The position numbers and the translations under genes were made by a program. A stretch of 64,000 bases of DNA from Malacoraja senta. Lineage: Eukaryota. Position 1 is the stretch's first letter, and each line of letters opens with the position of its first letter. Of this stretch, positions 23,551 through 35,940 are shown in pieces. Below the pieces are notes generated by a model. It was given only the letters and a program-made list of their open reading frames with translations, did no database searches and was not told the DNA's origin. The stretch covers positions 10,294,001-10,358,000 of the forward strand of contig CM075992.1 in NCBI GenBank assembly GCA_038087875.1, given 5' to 3'.

Positions 23551-26245
23551 TTCGGTTACCCTGCTTGGCAATCGTGCTTGTCAGGAACTAGGGCTGATTT
23601 CCTTTGATAAAACTGTCCACAAACTGCAAGTTTCCTTTGATCCACTGAATGACCCCTGGTCTTTTGGACAACAACCTAGGCAGGTTGCCTGTGTCCTACA
23701 AGATTACTATTGACCCCGATGTGACACCCGTAGTCCGAAACCCGCACAGATTGTCATTTGCCATGACTGACAGGGTTCACTCTATGCTGAAGGACATGGT
23801 CTCCAAAGGCGTAATTGAAGCAGTCAGTGACCCCACCGACTGGGTCTCAACCACGATTGCCACAATCAAGAAGGGAAAGGATGAAATCCGCCTGTGCATT
23901 AATCCAAAAGACCTGAACACTGCCATTAAGCGCCCGCACCATCCCATGAAGACAGTAGAGGATGTTGCAGCAAAGATCGGAACGGCCACCCTATTTTCCG
24001 TCCTAGATGCAAAGAACTCATTCTGGCAGATACCGCTGGACAAGAGGTCAACAAACCTTACCACATTTGCCACCCCATTCGGCAGATATAAGTTTCTGAG
24101 AATGCCATTCGGGATCAACTCTGCCAGCGCAGTATTCCAAAGAACTATGGAACAATTATTCGAGGGTCTGCCTTGGTGCCATTATTGTCGATGATATTCT
24201 TGTCTATGGCAGAGATGCGGCGGAACATGACCACAATCTCAGGCTCATTTTGGAGCGTGCTGTCAAGATCAACCTCAAGCTCAATCCTGACAAGTGCAAT
24301 TTCAGGGTTCCAGTGGTCTCCTATGTCGGCCACATCTTCACCCCTGACGGCCTCAAACCGGATCCGAAGAAGACTTCTGCCATCACAGAAATGCCCGCAC
24401 CCACTGACGTGAAAGGCCTGCAACGTTTCCTGGGCATGGTAAACTATCTCGGAAAGTTCATACCTAACCTCAGCGAATTAAGCTCCACATTGCGGCAGCT
24501 GACAAAAAAGGACACTGCATGGTCATGGTTCCAGCAACATCAGGATGCCTTCGATGTTCTGAAATCAAAACTGACCAGTGCACCGACCCTGACTTTTTTC
24601 GACCTGAAACGTCAGGTGGTGATCACCTGCGATGCCTCGAAATTCGGGCTCGGCGCAGCCTGCCTGCAACCGTCTGATGATGGTACCCTACTACCCGTCG
24701 GGTATGCCTCACGCACCATGACCGACACGGAGCAGCACTACGCGCAAATCGAAAAGGAACTGCTGGCGGTCGTCTTTGCCTGCTCCAAATTCCACGACTT
24801 CGTCTTTGGCAACACGTTCATGGTTGAGACGGACCACCAACCACTGGTGACAATCTTGAACAAGCCTATCCACGCCGCCCCAGCTCGTTTGCAGCGCATG
24901 ATGTTGCAGCTGCAGCGGTACGACTTCTCTATTACCTACAAAAAGGGCAAGGACATGCATGTTGCTGACACACTCTCTCGTGCCCCTCGAACATCTTGTG
25001 AACAACACCCACACGAACAGTAGAATTTCACTGTTCTCGGTGTCGGTCTAATCTCCAGCAAGCAACTGCGCACCCTGGCCGCGCACACTGCCAAGGATGA
25101 TACGCTTCAAGCCCTCTCGTCCATCATCAAGACAGGCTGGCCAGGCAAACAGTCCAACAGAGGTGCAGCCGTACTTTTTGGTCCGCGATGAACTGGTGGT
25201 TCAGGATGGTGTGGTCGTCAAGGGCCACAAGGTAGTTGTACCTGCATCGCTACAAGACGAATACTTCAAAGAGGTACACGGCGGTCACCCAGGAGCCGAC
25301 TCCACACTGGCACGCGCCCGGGATCTGTTCTACTGGGCTGGAATGGCCACGTACATCCGGGACCGCGTAGCCTCCTGCCCCACTTGCAACAATCTTGCAC
25401 CTCATCAGCAGCGGCAACCCCTTCTGCAACAACCTCCACCAGCACTGTCATGGTTGTCGATGGCTGCGGACATTTTCGAATGGTGCGGTAAGCACTACCT
25501 CGTTCTGGTCGACTCGTACTCCAACTGGTTTGAACTTGACCAACTTACCTCCCTCACGTCGGTGATGGTCATCAGGAAGCTGAAAAGACATTTCTCAGAC
25601 CATGGCATTCCTGTTATTCTGAGAACCGACAATGGTCCACAGTTCTCCAACCACTTGTTCAAGCTTTTTGCTGACCGATGGAACTTTCAGCACGTCACAA
25701 GCAGTCCCGAGTATCCACAGAGTAATGGACTCGCTGAACGCGCTGTCAGGAGCGCCCAGCACTTGCTGGAGGGAGCGCGCTTTTCAAAGTCTGACGTCTA
25801 TCTCGATCTACTGAATCTCAGAAACATTGCGAGAGACGGAATCTTGGGGTCACCAGCACAGCGGCTGCTGTCGAGGGTGACGAGGTCTCCGGTCCCCATC
25901 GCACAACAGCAGCTGGTTCCTCGGGTGTTGAAGCCCGCCACTATCCAGCAACGTCTCCAAGAGAAGCACGATACCCAGAAACGGTCATACGACAGCTCCA
26001 GCAGACAACTCCAGCCTCTACTGCCGGGCCAGGTCGTCCGTCTGCGAACTCCAACTGGTCATTCTCGTCTGGGCGTTGTTGTGCGCCCGACTGATGAGCC
26101 GCGATCGTACCTTGTGGACTGTGAGGGAGCGGTTTACCGGAGAAGTCGTCAACACCTGCTTGCTGTGAAGGAGCCCCGACCGCCGCCTGCCGATCCATAT
26201 GCTCCGCCGCTCCAGTTCCAGCCGCCTTCCGCAATGTCTCCCGCC
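23551..26245 (+). pseudogene. Gypsy pol (RT, RNase H, integrase) with frameshifts and stops
   Basis: LDAKNSFWQI, RMPFGINSASAVFQR, IIVDDILV, CDASKFGLGA, YAQIEKELLA, HGGH..CPTC, TDNGPQF, PQSNGLAERAV. Confidence 0.93.
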
Positions 26246-27299
26246 AGTGATTTACAGTTTTGGTATCCTAATTTGAGGTAGGACATCCTTGTGATTGAAG
26301 CAGCGCAGCGTAGGTTCATGAGATTGATCCCTGGGATGGCGGGACTGTCATATGAGGAAAGATTGAAAAGACTAGGCTTGTGTTCACTGGAATTTAGAAG
26401 GATGAGGGGGGATCTTATAGAAACATACACAATTATATAAGGACTGGACAAGCTAGATGCAGGAAAAATGATCCCAATGTTGGGCGAGTCCAGAACCAGG
26501 GGCCACAGTCTTAGAATAAAGGGGAGGTCATTTAAGACTGAGGTGAGAAAATCCTTTTCAACCAGAGAGTTGTGAATTTATGGAATTCCCTGCCACAGAG
26601 CGCTGTGGAGGCCAAGTCACTGGATGGATTTAAGAGAGAGTTAGATAGAGATCTATGGGCTAGTGGAGTCAAGGGATATGGGGAGAAGGCAGGCATGGGT
26701 TATTGATAGGGGACGATCAGCCGTGATCACAATGAATGGCGGTGCTGGCTCGAAGGGCCGAATGGCCTCCTGCTGCAACTATTTTCTATGTATCTATGTT
26801 TTTATATTAGCAGAGATTTCAAATCCCAACTCAAGCTTTGGCCATTCTCGGTCACGTCCATTGATCCATCTCTTATTGCTTAAGAAGCGGCCTGCTGTTA
26901 GTGCAACAGAAGCTTCATCCGCAGGATTTTCCTTTGTGTTTTTAACATATTTCTATTGTGATACATTAGTAGCACCCATTACAAAAGAGATTCTATTTGC
27001 TACAAATGGCAAACAAACGTTTATCTCATTGTTGAAGTATTACTATACACCGTATTGCTTTGCACCGTAGTACTAGCAGTCCAGAAGATAGATTCTTCCA
27101 GTTGAAGCTGCAGTTATTTGTGCAGCATTATGTCAACTTTAACAGCTAAGACTGCGGCAGTTAGTTCCATTCTGGGAATTGTCATTTGCTTCAATGATGC
27201 CATATGATGGCCTTTCCCATTAAGATTGTAACATGTACTTTATTGTCATCATTTTCCAGTCTTAGATATGAAACAATACCATAGCCACTTTCACTGTAC

Positions 27300-27628
27300 G
27301 TAAGTAAGTAAGTAAGTTTATTGGCCAAGTATTCACATACAAGGACTTTGCGTTGGTGCTCCGCCCACAATTAACAACATGACATACAGAGGCAGTTATG
27401 AATGACTCCGAAAACACTAAGCATTAATAATAATAAAACGTTAATGATAAAACACAATTGATCAAGCATGTGAACCAACAAAATAGGGAGGCTACAGATG
27501 TTTGGCTGTTGAGTAGAACAACTACTCGTGGATAAAAACAGTTTTTATGTCTGGCTGTGGCAGCTTTGACAGTCCGGAGTCGCCTTCCAATCAGGGTTGA
27601 GTCGTCCACAAATTTGAGAATCTTGACA
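27300..27628 (-). mobile_element. Rex/Babar-type LINE 3' end
   Basis: (gtaa)n tail; GRRLRTVKAATARHKNCFYP C-terminal motif. Confidence 0.75.
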
Positions 27629-27631
27629 GGG

Positions 27632-29490
27632 CTTCCGGTGGCGAGGCGAGCTTAATCTCGAGTTCCCGATTGCAAGTTTAAAACTAGCCTCCCTTAATTC
27701 ACTAATTGCCATATAATTCGCAGTTTTCTGTATTGGAATGAGTGGGGGAATGAAAACTAGAAGTCAAAAGGAACATGACGGACGAGAAAGAAAGAATTCA
27801 GCGGAGGTGGACAAAGCTCAAAGCTCAAAGCTCAAACGATGGCTCGGCAGAAATCATGTGCTCAATGCTCCACAATATCAGTAAGAAAATACGTGACTTC
27901 AAGGCTGAATATAAAGTGGACTTACATAAACTTAAAGAAGGACTCAACGAAGGCATGAAAGCCGAACTCAAAGGTCTGTAGCAAGAAATGTATCATAAAC
28001 TTTCTGCTAACTCCAAACAAATCCACGCCCACGAAACTAGACTAAACAAAGCAGAGGCACGAATCGAAGAGGCTGAGACAATTAGCATGGCTATGAAAAA
28101 CGTGCTCAATAAATCTATGAAAAAACAGAAAGTCATGCAAGAAAAACGGACTGATTTGGAAGGACGGTCTAGACGAAATAACATTCGCATCTACGGCGTA
28201 CCTGAAGAGAAAGAAGACAAATCCATGTCTGAATTTGTGGAGCAACTTTTGAAAACTGAACTCGCAATAACGACGGACACCAACGTATGGATCCAGCGCG
28301 CACACAGAGCTTTGGCTCGCAAACCGGAACGTAACGCACCACCTAGGTCCATAGTGGTAAATTTCCTGGAGTTTAATACCAAATAAATGGTGTTGGAATA
28401 AGCCTGGGGAAAGAAGCTCATGATTGTCGGGCAACGTCTATCATTTGACCACGACTATGCAACGGAGGTTGTTCAGAAGCACAAGGCATATAAGGGAATA
28501 AAGAGGGCCGTGAAGCAGAGAGGTGTCAGCTTCCAGACACCGCTGGATAAGATGCACATTCACTGGGACTCAGGAACATGCAAATATCATAGTGCACAAG
28601 ACGCAGTGCAGGAGCTGAGGAGGAGAGGCTTAATCCGTGGAGACGCCAGATTACAACGCTGAGGAGCCGGCGGACCCAGAGATGGAGCGTCTTCTCCAGG
28701 CTTTGACATGGCAGAGAGTTGGAAAGAGGAGCGAAGACATGAGTGAGATAGCAAATGAGCGACTACAGGAATCTGAGCAGACCCCATCCAACTAGCTTTT
28801 ATTGTGTCACAACTTCTTTTGGACTGGAAAATAAGTGCTGCCTTAACGAGAACATGAACAATTAAAACGCTTTGGCTTCAGAAACGCATTTTATAGTTCC
28901 TAAAAAACTAGCCAAAAGAGGGCAGTGGCTATCCTTATCACAAATGCAGTCCAATTTGAATGTCATAAAGAAGTCAGGGACAAAGGAAATTAATGAAGAC
29001 CAAACTGGATTCATTAGGGGACGTCAAACACAGGACAGTATTATAAGAATCCTCCACTTTGTGGATAATGCTAAAAAAAAGGTTACAAATATGGTCCTGG
29101 TCAGCTTAAATGCAGAAAAAGCCTTTGATAGTGATAATTAGGTATTTTTATATGAAGTATGGAGATTTGGTTTCAATGAAGATGCAATTCGGTGCATTAA
29201 AATAATATATCAGGAGCCTACAGCTAGGTTTAAGTTAAATGTAAAGATATCAAAAAGGATCCAGTTAGAGAGGGGCACAAGACAAGGATGCTGTCTTTCT
29301 CGTACTCTCTTCGTTTTGTACGTTGAACCCTTCGCACAAGCAATAAGGCAGAGAGAAGACCTGCAGGGGTCAAAATAGATGGAAAAGAACATATAATTGG
29401 TCTATTCGCTGATGATTCGCTGATGATTGTTGGTCATTATTTTTCTTGAACGACTAGATATATGTCTCTCAAACCTAATAAACCCACTTG
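27632..29490 (+). mobile_element. Second L1-clade LINE, degenerate and internally deleted
   Basis: 5' CTTCCGGTGGCG; ORF1 DLEGRSRRNNIRIYGVPE..QRAHRAL..PRSIVVNF; RT remnants [31 protein letters not shown]. Confidence 0.85.
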
Positions 29491-31191
29491 AAACATATGA
29501 AACATAGAAAACATAGAAATCTAGAAAATAGATGCAGGAGGAGGCCATTCGGCCCTTCAGCCAGCACTGCCATTTATTGCGATCATGGCTGATCGTCCTC
29601 AATCAATAACCCGTGCCTGCTTTCTCCCCATATCCCATTAATTCCACTAGCCTCCAGAGCTCTATCTAACACTCTCTTATATCGATCCAGTGATTTGGCC
29701 TCAACTGCCCTCTGTGGCAGGGAATTCCACAAATTCACAACTCTCTGGGTGAAAAGGTTTTTTCTCACCTCAGTCTTAAATGGCCTCCCCTTTATTCTAA
29801 GACTGTGCCCCTGGTTCTGGACTCGCCCAACATTGGGAACATTTTTCCTGAATCTAGCTTGTCCAGTCCTTTTATAATTGTATATGTTTCTATAAGATAT
29901 CCCCTCATCCTTCTAAACTCCAGTGAATACAAGCCTAGTCTTTTCTATCTTTCCTCGTATGACAGTCCCGCCATCCCAGGGATCAATCTCGTTGCATCCC
30001 AGGGATCAATCTCCGCTGCACTGCCTCAATCTCAAGGATGTCTTTCCTCAAATTAGGAGACCAAAAACTGTACGCAATACTCCAGATGTGGTCATACCAG
30101 AGCGCTATACAACTGCAGATGAACCTCTCTACTCCTATACTGAAATCCTCTTGTTATGAAGGCCAACATTCCATTAGCTTTCTTCACTGCCTGCTGTACC
30201 TGCACGCCAACTTTCAGTGACCGATGTACAAGCACACACAGGTCTCGCTGTACCTCCCCCTTACCTAACCTAACCCCATTGAGATAATAATCTGCCCCCT
30301 TGTTTTTACTACCGAAGTGGAAAACCTCTCATTTATCTATATTATACTGCATCTGCCACGCATCTGCCCACTCACTCAAACTGTCCCGGTCACCCTGCAA
30401 CCTCCTAACATCCTCTTCACAGTTAACACTGCCACCCAGCTTTGTGTCTTCCGCAAACTTGCTAGTGTTGCTCCTAATACCCTCTTCCAAATCATTAATA
30501 TATACGGTAAACAGTTGCGGCCCCAACACCGAGCCTTGCGGCACTCCACACGCAATTGCCTGCCATTCTGAAAAGGACCCGTTCACTCCTACTCTTTGCT
30601 TCCTGTCCGCCAACCAATTTGCTATCCATGTCAAAACCCTATCCCCAAGACCATGTGCTCTAATTTTAGTCACCTGTCTCCCGTGCGGGACCTTATCAAA
30701 GGCTTTCTGAAAGTCTAGATGCACTACATCCACTGGCACCCATTCATCCATTTTACTTGTCACATCCTCAAAAAATTCCAGAAGACTAGTCAAGCATGAT
30801 TTCCCTTTCATAAATCCATGTTGACTTGGACTAATCTTTTTATTGCTATCCAAATGTCCCATTATTACCTCTTTAATAATTGACTCCAGCATCTTTCCCA
30901 CCACCGAAGTCAGGCTAACTGGCCTGTAATTCCCCATTCTGTCTCTCGCTCCTTTCTTGAAAAGTGGGATAACGTTAGCTATCCTCCAATCCACAGGAAC
31001 TGATCCTGAATCGATCGAACATTGGAAAATAATCACCAATGCATCCACTATTTCTAGAGCCACCTCCCTGAGGACCCTGGGATGCACACCATCAGGCCCA
31101 GATGATTTATCATCCTTCAGTCCCACTAGCCTACCCAATACTATTTCTCGCCTCATGAACATTTCTTTCAGTTCCTCTACCCCCTTATATC

Positions 31192-33232
31192 ATCATAGGG
31201 AAATTGGACACGGTTCGGAAAAAGAGAGAGATCTACAATAATTATAGGCAGCATGGAGTAAATGAGGTGCTTGAGGAGTATAAAGAATGTAAAAAGAATA
31301 TTAAGAAAGAAATTAGGAAAGCTAAAAGAAGATATGAGGTTGCTTTGGCAAGTAAGGTGAAAGTAAATCCAAAGGGTTTCTACAGCTATATTAATAGCAA
31401 AAGGATAACAAGGAATAAAATTGGTCCATTAGAGAGTCAGAGTGGACAGTTATCTGCAGAGCCAAAAGAGATGGGGGAGATATTGAACAATTTCTTTTAT
31501 TCGGTGTTTACGAAGGAGAAGGATATGGAATTATGTGAGGTAAGGGAAACAAGCAGAGTAGCAATGGAAACTGTGAGATTCAAAGAAGAGGAGGTGCGGA
31601 CACTTTTGAAAAATATGAAAACGGATAAGTCTCCAGGTCCTGACAGGATATTCCCTAGGACATTGAGGGAAGTTAGTGTAGAAATAGCAGGGGCTATGAC
31701 AGAAATATTTCAAATGTCATTAGAAACGGGAGAAGTGCCGGAGGATTGGCGTACTGCGCATGTTGTTCCATTGTTTAAAAAGGGTTCGAAGAGTAAACTG
31801 AGCAATTATAGACCTGTTAGTTTGACGTCAGTGGTGGGCAAATTAATGGAAAGGATACTTAAAGATAATATATATAAGCATCTGGATAAGCAGGGTCTGA
31901 TTAGGAACAGTCAACATGGATTTGTGCCTGGAAGGTCATGCTTGACTAATCTTCTTGAATTTTTCGAAGAGGTTACTAGGCAAATTGATGAGGGTAAAGC
32001 AGTGGATGTTGTCTATATGGACTTCAGTAAGGCCTTTGACATGGTTCCTCATGGAAGGTTGGTTAAGAAGATTCAATTGTTGGGTATTAATGGTGGAGTA
32101 GCAAGATGGATTCAACAGTGGCTGAATGGGAGATGCCAGAGAGTAATGGTGGATGGCTGTTTGTCAGGTTGGAGGCCGGTGACTAGTGGGGTGCCTCAGG
32201 GGTCTGTGTTGGGTCCACTGTTGTTTGTCATGTACATCAATGATCTGAATGATGGTGTGGAAAATTGGATTAGTAAGTATGCAGATGATACTAAGATAGG
32301 TGGTGTTGTGGATAAAGAAGTAGATTTTCAAAGTCTACAGAGAGATTTAGGCCATGTGGAAGAGTGGGCTGAAAGATGGCAGATGGAGTTTAATGCTGAC
32401 AAATGTGAGGTGCTACATCTCGGCAGGACAAATCAAAATAGGACGTACACGGTAAATGGTAGCGAATTGAGGAATGCAGTTGAACAGAGGGATCTAGGAA
32501 TAACTGTGCATAGTTCCCTGAAGGTGGAATCTCATGTAGATAGGGTGGTAAAGAAAGCTTTTGGTGTGCTGGCCTTTATAAATCAGAGCATTGAATATAG
32601 AAGTTGGGATGTAATGTTAAAATTGTACAAGGCATTGGTGAGGCCAATTCTGGAGTATGGAGTACAATTTTGCTCGCCTAATTATAGGAAGGATGTCAAC
32701 AAAATAGAGAGAGTACAGAGGAGATTTACTAGAATGTTGCCTGGGTTTCAGCAACTAAGTTACAGAGAAAGGTTGAACAAGTTAGGTCTTTATTCTTTGG
32801 AGCGCAGACGGTTAAGAGGGGACTTGATAGAGGTCTTTAAAATTATGAGCGGGTTAGACAGAGTGGACGTGGATAAGCTTTTCCCATTGAGAGTAGGGAA
32901 GATTCAAACAAGGGGACATGACTTGAGAATTAAGGGACAGAAGTTTAGGGGGAACATTAGGGGGAACTTCTTTACTCAGAGAGTGGTAGCTGTGTGGAAT
33001 GAGCTTCCAGTGGAAGTGGTGGAGGCAGGTTCGATGTTATCGTTTAAAAATAGATTGGATGGGTATATGGACGGGAAAGGAATGGAGGGTTATGGTCTGA
33101 GTGCAGGTAGATGGGACTAGGGGGAAGTATTTATTTTAATTATAAAAAAAAAAATAAAAAAAAATGTTCGGCACGGACTTGAAGGGCCGAGATGGCCTGC
33201 TTCCGTGCTGTTATGGTTATATGGTTATATGG
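31192..33232 (+). mobile_element. Young 5'-truncated CR1 LINE inserted antisense into an older CR1
   Basis: Open ORF2 to the stop at 33120, 3' UTR, (ttatatgg)n tail; TTATATC repeated at 31185-31191 and 33233-33239. Confidence 0.93.
31204..33120 (+). CDS. CR1 ORF2 reverse transcriptase (638-aa open frame, lacks endonuclease)
   Basis: KSPGPD, YRPVSLTSVVGK, QHGF, DFSKAFD, GVPQGSVLGP, YADD, RPILEY, WNELP. Confidence 0.9.
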   Translation: MDTVRKKREIYNNYRQHGVNEVLEEYKECKKNIKKEIRKAKRRYEVALASKVKVNPKGFYSYINSKRITRNKIGPLESQSGQLSAEPKEMGEILNNFFYSVFTKEKDMELCEVRETSRVAMETVRFKEEEVRTLLKNMKTDKSPGPDRIFPRTLREVSVEIAGAMTEIFQMSLETGEVPEDWRTAHVVPLFKKGSKSKLSNYRPVSLTSVVGKLMERILKDNIYKHLDKQGLIRNSQHGFVPGRSCLTNLLEFFEEVTRQIDEGKAVDVVYMDFSKAFDMVPHGRLVKKIQLLGINGGVARWIQQWLNGRCQRVMVDGCLSGWRPVTSGVPQGSVLGPLLFVMYINDLNDGVENWISKYADDTKIGGVVDKEVDFQSLQRDLGHVEEWAERWQMEFNADKCEVLHLGRTNQNRTYTVNGSELRNAVEQRDLGITVHSSLKVESHVDRVVKKAFGVLAFINQSIEYRSWDVMLKLYKALVRPILEYGVQFCSPNYRKDVNKIERVQRRFTRMLPGFQQLSYRERLNKLGLYSLERRRLRGDLIEVFKIMSGLDRVDVDKLFPLRVGKIQTRGHDLRIKGQKFRGNIRGNFFTQRVVAVWNELPVEVVEAGSMLSFKNRLDGYMDGKGMEGYGLSAGRWD

Positions 33233-34772
33233 TTATATCCTCTGTCCTCCAGTACATCTGGGAGATTGTTTGTGTATTCCTCGGTGAAGACAGATCCGAA
33301 GTACCTGTTCAACTGTTATGCCATTTCCTTGTTCCCTATCATAATTTCACACGTGTCTGCCTTGAAGGGTCCCACATTTGACTTTGCTACTATTTTTCAC
33401 TTAACAAATCTGAATAAGCTTTTACAGTCCTTCTTTATATTCCCGGCCAGCTTCCGTTCGTACTTCAGCCCGTATTGCCCGTTTTGTTTCCTTCTGTTGT
33501 CCTATGAGAGTTTCCAAATCCTCTGGCTTCAGGCCACTCTTTGCTGTGTTATACATCTTTTCTTTTAGTTTCCTTCTATACCTAACTTCGCTTGTCAGCC
33601 ATGATTGCCTCCTACTCCCCTTAGAATCTTTCTTCCTTTTTGGAATGAAATTATGCTGCGTCTTCCGGATTATGCCCAGAAATTCCTGCCATTGCTGTTC
33701 CACCGTCATTCCTGCTAGGATCCCTTTCCAGTCTACCTTGTCCAGCTCCTCTCTCATGCCTTCATAGTCCCCTTTGTTCAACTGCATCACTGACATTTCC
33801 GATGTAACTTTCTCCTTCTCAAATTGCAGATTAAAACTAATCATATTTTGAACACTACCTCCAACAAGTTTCCTTTACCTCGAGTTCTCTGGTTCATTTG
33901 ACAATACTAAATACAGAATTGCCTTTTCTCTGGTCGGCTCCATTACAAGCTGCTCTGAGAATCCATCAGAGGCACTCTACAAAGTGTATTTCTTGGGGTC
34001 CTGAACCAACCTGATTTCCAGTCTACCTGCATATTGAAATCCCCCATCTCCACAGTGGCATTACCTTTGTTGCATGCCAGTTTTAACTCCTGCTGCAACT
34101 TACACCCTACTACTATTTGGGGTCTGTAGATAACACCAATTAGTGTCTTCTTGCCTTCACAATTCCACAACCCAATCCACAGTGACTCTACCTCATCAGT
34201 CCTTATGTCTTCCCTCGCAAGGGACTGAATTCCATCCCTCACCAGCAGAGCTACCCCCCCTCCTCTGCCCACCTGCATGTCCTTTCTATAGGATTTATAA
34301 CCGTGCACCCACGTCCCAGTAATCCCCACAATGTCATATCTGCCAACCTCTAACTGAGCCTCAAGCTCATCCACCTTACTCCTTGTACTTCGCGTATTCA
34401 TATACAATACTTTTAATTCCTTACGCATCGCACCTTTCACATCGATCCCCATTACACTTGGCCATACTCTCCTATTCCTTTATGAGCATTCTTTCCCGTT
34501 AATTCTGGGGTCATTAACTATCCCTTTAATATCATTCCCTTTAACTCCGTATTTGACTATCCCATTTGACACCCCATTCAGTTTAAAACCACCCGTGTGC
34601 AGTGGCAAACATGCCTGCCAGAATGCTGGTCCTCCACGTGTTAAGGTGCAATCCGTCCCCATTGTACAGTTCCCCCTTACTTCAAAACAGAACCCAGTGG
34701 TCTAAGAATCCAAATCCCTGCCCCCTGCACCAGTTCATCAGCCACACATTCAGGTCCTGCATCTCCCTGTTG

Positions 34773-35332
34773 GAGATTATTATTATAACATTTTTATGTT
34801 GGAGCACCCGGCGGGCGCCAGCATGTCCCGCGGCCGTAAAAAGCCGCGCCTGGCGAGGTAAGGCCCCGCTCCAGGTCATTTTCAACCCCGCAATTGGGGT
34901 GGGAGAAGTTGCCGATGCGGGAGCTCCGAAAAAAGATCTCCCACCATGGACCCGCGAGCACCCGATGTCACCGTCCACCGGGCCTGCGACTGGAGCCTCG
35001 GAGTCGGGTCGCAGCAGCGCGCCACCACAGATCTCCACGCTCCGAAGCCGGCCAGCTCCACGATGCTAGGACCGCAGGCTCCGCGACTGGAGTCCCCAGG
35101 TCGTTCCTGTTGGAGGCCGCTTCACGATGCTAGGCCCCAACGCCAACGGAGACCCGACAGGGAAAAGGTCGGGTCCCCCGTACAGGGAACAGATTTAAAC
35201 GTTTCCCCCACCCGCCCCCGCCCCCCACACATACACAATTAGAAACAATTAAAAAAACACTACAAACTATACACGGAACGGGACCAAAATAAATAAATAA
35301 ATACATAAAGACAACGTCGGTCGCGCCGCCCA
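34773..35332 (-). mobile_element. GC-rich non-autonomous retroposon (family shared with 37395-38175)
   Basis: (att)n tail; shares ccgacagggaaaa(g/a)gtcgggtccc(c)gtacagg and a ggcggcgc head with the 37395-38175 copy. Confidence 0.7.
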
Positions 35333-35503
35333 CATGTTTTGGTGACACAAGCTACTAATTGTAAAATCTTTGCATTTCATAAATGTCCGAAGGGAAGGAC
35401 GGCTGTATTAGACAATGTGATGTAGCAGATTGACATATTCATAGAGAATGAGCTAATCAAGGAATAGGATCAGTAATTGATAACGTGTCCATTCTAGTGG
35501 TAA

Positions 35504-35527
35504 GTGTGTGTGGGTGTGTGCTTGTGT

Positions 35528-35585
<58 letters not shown>

Positions 35586-35597
35586 GTGTGTGTGTGT

Positions 35598-35641
<44 letters not shown>

Positions 35642-35662
35642 GTGTGTGTGTGTGTATGTGTG
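35504..35662. repeat. (GT)n microsatellite
   Basis: Direct inspection. Confidence 0.97.
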
Positions 35663-35716
35663 GTTCTTGCAACGATCTATTCTGGCATCATTCCTACACA
35701 GTCCTGAACAGAGGAG

Positions 35717-35940
35717 TAGGGCAGGTGGCGTTTCAGCAGAGCGGCCATTCGGTGAGTTGGCTTTTAGGCGACCTGCCCTTTCATTTAATTTGCAATTAGG
35801 CGTCCCACCCTTTCGAGTAGTTGGCGTTTCGTCTTCGTTTCCATCCGGTTATTTGGCGTTTCGGCTTAGTTTCCATTCGGTTATTTGGCTTCCACTTCTT
35901 TGCTTCGTCTTCTCGTCCAACCGCGCCACGTCCGGGTACC
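35717..35940. mobile_element. Isolated terminal fragment of the long-TIR element at 38445-42834
   Basis: Reverse complement of 38450-38699 and same orientation as 42655-42834. Confidence 0.8.

Larger units (their letters stand above)
22038..26256 (+). mobile_element. Ty3/Gypsy LTR retrotransposon, frameshifted, 3' LTR almost entirely deleted
   Basis: 5' LTR TG..CA at 22038-22243, PBS, gag-PR-RT-RH-IN order, 5-bp TSD GTTTT at 22033-22037 and 26257-26261. Confidence 0.95.
21920..26800 (+). mobile_element. CR1 3' fragment split by the Gypsy insertion (pieces 21920-22037 and 26257-26800)
   Basis: The halves join as ctggagtattgtgtacggttttggtatcctaatttgagg (LEYCVRFWYPNLR); tail (tctatg)n near 26790. 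Confidence 0.9.
20701..27300 (-). mobile_element. Degraded BEL/Pao LTR retrotransposon (RNase H, integrase C-terminus, probable 3' LTR)
   Basis: Minus translation of 26830-27297: SESGYGIVSYLRL..VHVTILMGKA..LKQMTIPRMELTAAVLAVKVD..LQLEESIFWT..FVANRIS..ENPADEAS; of 21215-21330: KGLVRTVRLQTK..RPITKLCLLLE. Confidence 0.85.
29490..34770 (-). mobile_element. Near full-length CR1 LINE (ORF1 esterase remnant plus ORF2), interrupted at 31192-33232
   Basis: ORF1 SGNH-like WLMNWCRGQGFGFLDHW..DGLHL near 34620-34770; endonuclease LYMNTRS, GDFN; RT PGPDG, YRPVSLTS, DFQKAFD, GVPQGSVLGP; (gaaacata)n tail. Confidence 0.92.
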
